Shown: in pieces, positions 57,069 through 64,000 of the stretch
Layout of the letters: the number at the start of each line of letters is the position of its first letter
Position numbering within the stretch: position 1 is the stretch's first letter
Assembly (NCBI GenBank): GCA_963682005.1
Contig: OY820914.1
Coordinates: 605,433 to 669,432, forward strand
Length of the DNA: 64,000 nt
Reading direction: 5' to 3'
Source of the DNA: Bacteroidales bacterium
Lineage (GTDB): Bacteria > Bacteroidota > Bacteroidia > Bacteroidales > FEN-979
The notes under the pieces: model-generated
Told to the model about the DNA's origin: nothing
Databases searched by the model: none
Seen by the model: the letters and a program-made list of their open reading frames with translations, nothing else
Position numbers and translations under genes: made by a program

Positions 57069-58016
57069 TTAAACTTTCATCAGCTGTGATTTGTATTCAT
57101 GTTCGCGTTTGCAGATGATCATGTAGGACTGCCCTTCCCTGTCCTTTTGATTCGTGACATACTCGATCTCTTCGATGGTTGATGGTCCGAAAACGTGGGT
57201 ATTGGTAAAACCAAGCTCGATCAGCGTCTTGTTGGGATCAAGGATCTTCCCCACCGTCCTGCCATCGGAGAGAAAGAAGAACCAGCCCAGGTAGTTATTG
57301 CTCCGGTCCTTCACTTCGATATTAAACTTCCCCTGTGTCACTTTATAGGCTTCAAGCGTGGCATTGAAGAAATCACCCAGCTTTATGTTGGCCGGTGCCC
57401 TCATGGGTTGCGAATCAATAAATTCTTTCCCTGTTTCGATGGTTAGCCGGTATTTAATAATTATGATAACCTCAGTTGGATCAATCGAAAGGGTCGGGCT
57501 TTTAAAATACATCCATGGTTTCTGGGGCAGGTAGATCTTCGGAGGGATCAGCAGGTAGCAATCGTAAGCGTAAACCAGGAACATGGGGATAAAAAAAGTT
57601 GTGACAGCTGAAATATTGTACAGGTTATTTTGCGCATACCTGCCGATGCTCATGAAGGTTAGAAGGCCTGCAAATCCTATAAACACTACGGCAACTGCAT
57701 ATAGCAACCTCCATCCTATGGGTTCCATGGCCGGCCATTCAAGAACCTTCTTCGACAGAAATACATGAAGAACACCACCAATAAGATTCCAGATAAGGAT
57801 CAGCAGGTAGATGTAGAAAATATTACCAGGCCAGCTATTGGCGCGGATCCCGACAATACCGAGGAATATGAAACTGCATGCAAGGTAGATCAGGTTAAAA
57901 CCCATTTTCTTTTTCGCGCTTTCAACATAGAAAGTTATCAGCAGGACCAGGATCATTGCAATGGTCGTGCAGATAAGAATCGGGGGTACTGGTTTCAGAA
58001 GGAATGAATAGCCCAT
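57069..58016 (-). CDS. tssN: T6SS-iii membrane protein TssN
   Basis: About 5 TM helices then IPPKIY..W, AP....LGDFF, GW.F, LDP.KT and I.CKR. Confidence 0.88.
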   Translation of the reverse strand: MGYSFLLKPVPPILICTTIAMILVLLITFYVESAKKKMGFNLIYLACSFIFLGIVGIRANSWPGNIFYIYLLILIWNLIGGVLHVFLSKKVLEWPAMEPIGWRLLYAVAVVFIGFAGLLTFMSIGRYAQNNLYNISAVTTFFIPMFLVYAYDCYLLIPPKIYLPQKPWMYFKSPTLSIDPTEVIIIIKYRLTIETGKEFIDSQPMRAPANIKLGDFFNATLEAYKVTQGKFNIEVKDRSNNYLGWFFFLSDGRTVGKILDPNKTLIELGFTNTHVFGPSTIEEIEYVTNQKDREGQSYMIICKREHEYKSQLMKV

Positions 58017-58026
58017 AATATTTATT

Positions 58027-59007
58027 TTAATTTTTTATTAGATTCTCTTCCAGGTAAAATTGATTCATGGTAAAAATAGAGTCGCTGGGTTTTTCCGCTG
58101 CCGGCGGGGGTTCAAGGGATACTGTATTGAATCCGAGATAGGAATCACTCAACGAAAAATCAAGGTCCGCATTTTGTATTTCAATGGAAATGTCAGCATC
58201 ATAACCGATAGGGATAAAATAGTCATAAAACCTCCGGATAAGCTTGCTTTTCTTTCCATTCTCAAGGAATTGGTCAATTTTCGATGCTTGGATCGGCCCG
58301 ATGTTAAAAATGATCGTTGGTGTACTTTCCATAAAATCTCCGCCAACGATCATATCATCTCCGCATGAAAAAGAGCCCAGGCTTTCGGAAGAAGAATGGA
58401 TCATTACCTTGATCGGGTGATACCGGTCCTCTACCTGCCAGGAAACACTTTCTTCAAGAAAATACTCAAGACAAATGGCTGTAAGCTGGAAGTTCCCGAC
58501 AATGCGATGAAGGAAAGGAATTATCCGTGCGAGCCGGGCCTGGTAAAGATCGGTAATATCATCCCCGATCATCCAGAATTTTTTCAATTCCTCAAAACTA
58601 TTGTTATTCAATAAGGCAAGCAACTCATTTTCATAAAGCTCAAGCGCCACTCTTTTCTGGAAAATTTCATTTTCAATCGGATTGAACAAAAGATGAGCGT
58701 GATTTTTTTGTTTCCGGTTGAACTCATGGATCTCGTTGATTTTTTCCCTTGATCCTTCCGGTGATTTCAGAAAAAGATTTTCCGGCAGTGAATTAAAAAG
58801 TCCATCCCTGGAAAGCTTGCATACCAGTTTATTCTCCCGTTTTTCGAAATGCAGAACGTCGTAATCCCAGTTCTTCCTGTGACTGCTTTCGAATTCGACA
58901 ATGATGTTGTCGGGGCTTATTCCCTGCATTATCAAATCCCCAATGACTGTTTCCGCCCTCATGGAAGGTTTGGAACTGGTTAACTGATCAACAAGACGGT
59001 CATTCAT
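58027..59007 (-). CDS. tssG: T6SS-iii baseplate subunit TssG
   Basis: RAET, LSRDGLF..LPE.LF, F.P.E.E.F, FW, IVGN, FIP and LGFNT. Confidence 0.85.
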   Translation of the reverse strand: MNDRLVDQLTSSKPSMRAETVIGDLIMQGISPDNIIVEFESSHRKNWDYDVLHFEKRENKLVCKLSRDGLFNSLPENLFLKSPEGSREKINEIHEFNRKQKNHAHLLFNPIENEIFQKRVALELYENELLALLNNNSFEELKKFWMIGDDITDLYQARLARIIPFLHRIVGNFQLTAICLEYFLEESVSWQVEDRYHPIKVMIHSSSESLGSFSCGDDMIVGGDFMESTPTIIFNIGPIQASKIDQFLENGKKSKLIRRFYDYFIPIGYDADISIEIQNADLDFSLSDSYLGFNTVSLEPPPAAEKPSDSIFTMNQFYLEENLIKN

Positions 59008-59027
59008 ATACTTTGGGACTCTGTTAG

Positions 59028-59035
59028 CAAAAATA
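59028..59035 (-). promoter_or_regulatory. -7 promoter element of the tssG-N-K-O operon
   Basis: TATTTTTG on the minus strand, 20 bp before the tssG ATG. Confidence 0.5.
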
Positions 59036-59106
59036 CATTATTTTATGAAAATGTAAAAGGTTTTTCTGCATTCCTGACCTGAACAGGGCCAGCAAGGGAT
59101 ATATGA

Positions 59107-59260
59107 TGAGGTGGTGAGGTGGTGAGGTGGTGAGGTGGTGAGGTGGTGAGCTGGTGAGGTGGTGAGGTGGTGAGGTGGTGAGTGGGGAGCTGGTGAGCTG
59201 ATAAGTTAAGAACTTGATGACTTTGTGACTTGATGACCTTGTGACCTTGTGACCTTGTCA
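59107..59260. repeat. Compound octamer microsatellite
   Basis: Nine TGAG(G/C)TGG units at 59107-59178 plus degenerate copies, then about five TGAC(C/T)TTG-type units at 59218-59257. Confidence 0.9.
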
Positions 59261-59436
59261 CTTTTTAGGGGATCATCTTAACAAACTCAACATCCTGACA
59301 AGGTCAAAACAACAATTTGTTTGAAAATTAACAAAACTGGATATGGTTTATGTAAATATTAAAAATGAAATAATATCTTTGTTCGTCCATTTGAATTTGT
59401 CAGGGTTCGTTAACCAGAATCAATTATTACCGTACA

Positions 59437-59862
59437 ATGAAATTTTGGCTTACCTTTTTATTTTCCAGTTTTCTTTTTTTTGTAGGAGTTGGCCAGGCAA
59501 AGCCTGATTCTTCATCAAATTCCCCGAGCCAGGCAACAACTATCGACCTGAGGTCTCCACATTTCCCAGGGGGTACAAACGAGTTACTCAAGTTTCTGAT
59601 TGATAACCTGAACATAGCTGACAGCAATGAGCGGGCAAAGGTCAAAGGGCTGCTTCTGATCAACATTATCATTGATTCTACCGGAAAGATCAAGGAAGCC
59701 ACAGTGCTTGCCGGGATCAACAAGAAAGTGAACAAGGAAGTTGAACGGGTCTTTTCCATCATGCCTGACTGGATCCCGGCCATTGTCGACGGTCCGAAAA
59801 CCGATCAGGAATTTGTTTACCAGATCTCGCTGAACCTGGGGACGAAACCGAAAAAGAAGTAA
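59437..59862 (+). CDS. TonB C-terminal domain protein
   Basis: Signal peptide; P.FPGG...L.KFL..NL...G......IDSTG...E..RV...MP.W.PA. Confidence 0.85.
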   Translation: MKFWLTFLFSSFLFFVGVGQAKPDSSSNSPSQATTIDLRSPHFPGGTNELLKFLIDNLNIADSNERAKVKGLLLINIIIDSTGKIKEATVLAGINKKVNKEVERVFSIMPDWIPAIVDGPKTDQEFVYQISLNLGTKPKKK

Positions 59863-59948
59863 TTTCCAGATGATCCGGATGAACGCATACTTCGTAATTA
59901 TGAATTATGAGGCAGACAACGATGTGAATGCCTTAACCGCGTGTTCAG

Positions 59949-61955
59949 CTATCTTTTTGAAAATCGTTTAACCTCAGCTTTCGTCCTGCCTGCCAGTCTG
60001 ACCAGGTAAACACCTATATCCAGGGTACTTATATCCAAATGTAATTTCCCCTGGTTCATTTCCGTCTTTATCACTACCTGGCCCTGTGCGTTAATCAATT
60101 CCAGGGAGGTTCCCGGTTCCGGGTTTTCAGTTTCAACAGTGAGCTTATCGGTTGCAGGATCAGGGTAAACTACAAATGATCCGGATATCCTTTCCGGTGA
60201 AGGCTCAATGCCTGCTGGTTCATAAAGCGATTCAACCGCGTCAAGGTCGAACCCTGCATCGGGTGCGTTTGCGGTTCCGTCATTATCATCCACGATCATG
60301 ATGAATCGTGCTCCATAGACCCCGGCGGCCGAAAGGTCAAATGAAGTGGTTCCCAGGCCGTCTCCGAGGGAAACCCACGGGCCGTCTTTCGTTTGCGAAA
60401 CATAGCAGACGAACCCTTCGGGTGTAGAATCCCCTTCCACAACAGTAAAATCATTCCCTTCGATATCGGGAACGGGATACTGCATGTCGAGATGGATCAC
60501 GCCGTTCTTACCCAGGGAATAGTTTATGTTGTCGGGCGGCCCGATTATACCAGGCGTGTTTGCTTCATCCTGGAAATTATTGCCGGGGATCACAACAGTG
60601 GCCACGTTGGAAACAAAATGACCCGGGAATGGTTGCAATTGAATATTGATCGTGGTTGATCCCGATTCCGGAACGGTAATATTATTGATCACACCCGTAA
60701 GGTAATCATTGGCAACGAACCTCAGGGAATATGTCCCGGCTGGCAGGTACTTGTGGTAATAACCGTTCACTGAGTCGCTGTATACGGGGAAGAAGCCGTC
60801 AACAAACAACGCAGCCCTTACCGGAAGGCCGGTCACGCTGTCGGTTACAATTCCTTCAAGTCCGAATCCGGCATTTGTTAACATTTCCATCATCGCAGGA
60901 ACATTGTTGTGATAATAGTACTGGATCTGCGAGCCCGGCGGCTGCTTATTGTTCGATATCTCCATGGTGAGGGCATCTGTTCCGCTGAGTCCGTAACTGT
61001 AGTCGATAGTTTCGCCGTTGGTCGGGTAATCGGCATAGGACTGGCGGACCTGGAGCAAGGGATACCCGGAAGCACCTGAATAAGTCACAGCCAGCTGATG
61101 CAAGGCCGGGTAATCCGGAGGCTGGGTGGCACGATAGCACCAGGGCCAGAGCACGACCTCCTCTCCGCTGTGATACGTAATATGAATGACGAAATGGTGC
61201 TCATAAACGCAGTTCCTTAGCGCTTTTGTTTCAAGCTGGGAAAAGGTGCCGGGGCTGTTTCCCTCACCGTTCCACATGTAGCCGCCATCGCGGTTGCAAT
61301 CCACGTAGTTGCTGTTGTAACGTGACATATTTGCCCTTCCGTCGGGATTGACCATCGGGTATATGAAGATCTCACGGCTGTCGATAAGGCCGGTTATCTG
61401 CGGATCGGAACCATAGCCGGTGCAGAGGTCGCGGGCGAAGCGGACCAGGTTTTCAGGGCCGCCGATCTCATCACCATGAATGCCGCCATCGAACAAAACT
61501 TCCGGCTCATTCTCATCTGTACCCACATTGTCACTGATTTTGAGATAGGTCAGTTGCCGGCCCTGCAGAGTTGTTCCGGTCACGATTTTCTTACAGATAT
61601 CCGGAAACGCTGTCGCCAGACTGTCCATCAATGCGATAATCTGGTCGTAGTTATGATACGCTTCCGCCCTGTCTTTCCAGAATCCCCTGTAGTATTCGTT
61701 CAGGTCGCTCTTCAGTATCTCAGACTTCAGTCCTGCAGCCTGTATCCTGTCATATTCCGATGGAACAACATACATCAGGGCATGCCCTTCCAGTGCATGG
61801 ATATCCCCGTTCAGGTGAAGATCCCCGAGCTTATGGGCCTCATCATTATTTGCAAGTGTAACCCTGACCTCCATTTCCTGATTCCGCCAGCCGTTTTGGG
61901 AATAACCGGAAATCACCAGGATTTGCAGCAGGAAAAGTACCAGGAACAGTCTCAT
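59949..61955 (-). CDS. M14 zinc carboxypeptidase with a T9SS type A CTD
   Basis: IHGDE, NPDG, R.N...D.NR, YHS and EIS motifs; carboxypeptidase regulatory domain; YPDPA...GVYLV CTD. Likely start MRLFL at 61955. Confidence 0.88.
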   Translation of the reverse strand: MRLFLVLFLLQILVISGYSQNGWRNQEMEVRVTLANNDEAHKLGDLHLNGDIHALEGHALMYVVPSEYDRIQAAGLKSEILKSDLNEYYRGFWKDRAEAYHNYDQIIALMDSLATAFPDICKKIVTGTTLQGRQLTYLKISDNVGTDENEPEVLFDGGIHGDEIGGPENLVRFARDLCTGYGSDPQITGLIDSREIFIYPMVNPDGRANMSRYNSNYVDCNRDGGYMWNGEGNSPGTFSQLETKALRNCVYEHHFVIHITYHSGEEVVLWPWCYRATQPPDYPALHQLAVTYSGASGYPLLQVRQSYADYPTNGETIDYSYGLSGTDALTMEISNNKQPPGSQIQYYYHNNVPAMMEMLTNAGFGLEGIVTDSVTGLPVRAALFVDGFFPVYSDSVNGYYHKYLPAGTYSLRFVANDYLTGVINNITVPESGSTTINIQLQPFPGHFVSNVATVVIPGNNFQDEANTPGIIGPPDNINYSLGKNGVIHLDMQYPVPDIEGNDFTVVEGDSTPEGFVCYVSQTKDGPWVSLGDGLGTTSFDLSAAGVYGARFIMIVDDNDGTANAPDAGFDLDAVESLYEPAGIEPSPERISGSFVVYPDPATDKLTVETENPEPGTSLELINAQGQVVIKTEMNQGKLHLDISTLDIGVYLVRLAGRTKAEVKRFSKR

Positions 61956-62211
61956 TGCTATAAAAATTTTTGCGTCTTTGTGTCTTGGCGGTAATGTTTT
62001 TTTTATAATTTTCTTACAATACTCGGGTGCAAAGGTCGTCATAGTGATTAATGCACATAGAAGGGATGCAAAATGCAGGAATAGTGGACGGAGACAACAG
62101 GTAAGAGAACAGAATATGGAAACCCGAAGCCAATAGTCTGTAGTTTGAAGCCTGTAGCCTGAAGCCTGTTCCAGCTTTCACGGGAATGACAGTATAGGAA
62201 AAGCCTGCAGA

Positions 62212-62694
62212 CTACTTTTTTTCCGGCTCCGCCTTTGGTGTTTTCTCTTTCTTTAAGGGCATTTTACGTTCGACATCCCCTTTTGAAGTGATCAGGACTT
62301 CGTATCCCTGTGTTTCATTTTTCATGATCATTCCGTAAAGAAATACCTTGTCGGGTTTCTCAACTTTTACAGGGTCCGACATTGTGAATCCCTTGAAATT
62401 CTTGGCGATCGATTTCGTGACTTTTTTCGGGAACTCAGCTTCCGTGATGGTGGTGCGGGTTTCCATCCATTTCCCGTAGGAATTGAAGAGGGTCGTCGAG
62501 GCAATTTCATTGGCCTTGAAACTGATCAGATAATTTTTCTTCTGCATTTCATATCTGACCTCCGAAGCACCCGGGTATTTTTTGTCAAAGCCCTGCTTCA
62601 CGTTCGCCGGAACTTTGTCCGGTGTAATTTCCTGGCTGTATCCACAGATGCTTAGCATCCAGATGCTAATAAATAATAAAACGCTGGTTTTCAT
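62212..62694 (-). CDS. PepSY-like/BLIP-like periplasmic protein
   Basis: Signal peptide; VP..VK..F.KKYP.A...F...G.W.ET.....P..V repeats. Confidence 0.8.
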   Translation of the reverse strand: MKTSVLLFISIWMLSICGYSQEITPDKVPANVKQGFDKKYPGASEVRYEMQKKNYLISFKANEIASTTLFNSYGKWMETRTTITEAEFPKKVTKSIAKNFKGFTMSDPVKVEKPDKVFLYGMIMKNETQGYEVLITSKGDVERKMPLKKEKTPKAEPEKK

Positions 62695-63078
62695 GATTCA
62701 ATTTGTTATAATGTTTGAAATTATTTTTCAAGGGTGAATGATTGATTACCTTCATATGGACCTAATCCGCGATCAAAGTTAAACTAAATTCCTGCGACCT
62801 GTATGTTCAAATGGTCCCTTTACGAAAATAGTAAGTTTATCACCAGCGATTTCCTGGTAATATGATGTTTCATATAACTTTTCCTAAACATTCACTGTAT
62901 ATTTTGGAGTTTTTTACAGAACATTCTTGATTTTTCTTTATTTTTGGAACTAACAACGATAAATACGAAAAACCAGGTATTTATTGATATATTTATATAT
63001 TTACAAAGAATCCAATCTGTAAAAAATCATTTTCACTCCCTTCAAAAATCCAAGTCTCATTTATCAAAAACCAAAATT

Positions 63079-64000
63079 ATGAAAACATTTTTACGCCAAT
63101 TAACATCAATCATGATGATGGCATTAATTATTGCTGGAATATTTTCCTGCAAAAAGAAAGAAGATACCGTTAAGCAATTCCGGGTAACCCAAATGTTATA
63201 TTATTATAATAACGATACGATCCCGGAGTTTAAAGTTTTATTTGAATATCAGAACAACAAAATTGCCATGATGCGGGAGTATACCTATAATACTCAATCA
63301 AGTCAATTTATTGAATCCTACAGATACGAGGTTGAATATCCCGACGCGAATTCCATTGTCGTCACCGACTCATATTTAGTTACCGATACGAAGGCCTGGG
63401 AACCCCGTTATAAATATGAGGCTGTATTTTCCGGGGGAAAGATAACTGAAAGCATTGAATATGATTATTATAGCGGGAACTGGGTACCTTACAACAAATT
63501 CAATTGCACGTATGCAAATCAAAATATGTCACAAGTGATTAATTATAATTACAGTAACGGGAATTGGGTGAACGATTACAAGACAGAAAATACATTTTCA
63601 GGATCCAAGTTAACGCAAAGTATTTCATATGATTATGATGCCGCGTGGGTCCAGTCATGGAAGGATGTAGTTACTTATAATGGGAATATTATTGATAATA
63701 TCACCGGGTACGATTTCAATGGGTCAACATATGATCAGGAAGATAAGTATGTATATGAATATACCAGCAATCTTATCTCGAAAATAACGGAATCCTATTA
63801 TTATAGCGGGAATTGGAATGTTTCTACAACGTCACTATACACATATGATTCGAATAAAAACCTGGCAACGGAGGTGCGGACAAATTCATACTCTACAAAA
63901 GTTGAATACTCATATGAAACAGGAAGCGGCAATTGGTCTCAGATACGGGATGTCTGGGATGGCGATTCGTATATGATGAACCATCTGTTTCCAAATCCAA
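63079..64000 (+). CDS. Beta-rich lipoprotein (YD-like/DUF4595-like), 3'-truncated by the window edge
   Basis: Absent from the ORF track. Reads MKTFLRQLTSIMMMALIIAGIFSCKKKED (lipobox FSC plus KKKED) and stays open to base 64000, with Y.Y..G.W repeats. Confidence 0.75.
   Translation, partial: MKTFLRQLTSIMMMALIIAGIFSCKKKEDTVKQFRVTQMLYYYNNDTIPEFKVLFEYQNNKIAMMREYTYNTQSSQFIESYRYEVEYPDANSIVVTDSYLVTDTKAWEPRYKYEAVFSGGKITESIEYDYYSGNWVPYNKFNCTYANQNMSQVINYNYSNGNWVNDYKTENTFSGSKLTQSISYDYDAAWVQSWKDVVTYNGNIIDNITGYDFNGSTYDQEDKYVYEYTSNLISKITESYYYSGNWNVSTTSLYTYDSNKNLATEVRTNSYSTKVEYSYETGSGNWSQIRDVWDGDSYMMNHLFPNP

Noticed and set aside
59043-59261. 72-aa ORF (HHLTTSPP repeats)
   Set aside because: It is a translation of the octamer microsatellite, with low complexity and no family features.
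61956-62042. N-terminal extension of the M14 peptidase
   Set aside because: It runs through an intergenic repeat-like tract; the signal peptide begins at the Met at 61955.

Overview
The window comes from a Bacteroidota (probably anaerobic Bacteroidales-like) chromosome, judged from TAnnTTTG promoter elements, T9SS C-terminal domains and a subtype-iii T6SS. It has four parts. (1) 1-13.0 kb is a sulfur-relay/redox island: class V aminotransferase (cysteine desulfurase-like), dsrE2-tusA-mvhD-hdrL-hdrA-qmoC-like operon with no HdrB, two NifX-like genes, thioredoxin, TauE, DUF302, OsmC, DUF2892 and a stand-alone IS1595-derived zinc-ribbon/HTH gene. (2) 13.3-15.5 kb is an ECF sigma/anti-sigma/Spy-ZraP envelope-stress module. 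(3) 15.9-59.0 kb is a roughly 43 kb T6SS-iii locus: tssH-B-C-D-D-I, two PAAR/effector/immunity/DUF4123 cassettes, tssE-F and tssG-N-K-O. Embedded in it is an unusual 17 kb co-oriented block containing a T9SS cohesin/dockerin protein, a phage-fibre-like repeat protein, another T9SS cargo, an OM beta-barrel, two TssR paralogues and a MacB/LolCDE-type ABC transporter; no tssP or tssQ is recognisable. (4) 59.4-64 kb holds a TonB-C protein, a T9SS M14 carboxypeptidase, a PepSY-like protein and a truncated lipoprotein. I saw no rRNA, tRNA or CRISPR array. All calls come from motif recognition by eye; no database searches were run.
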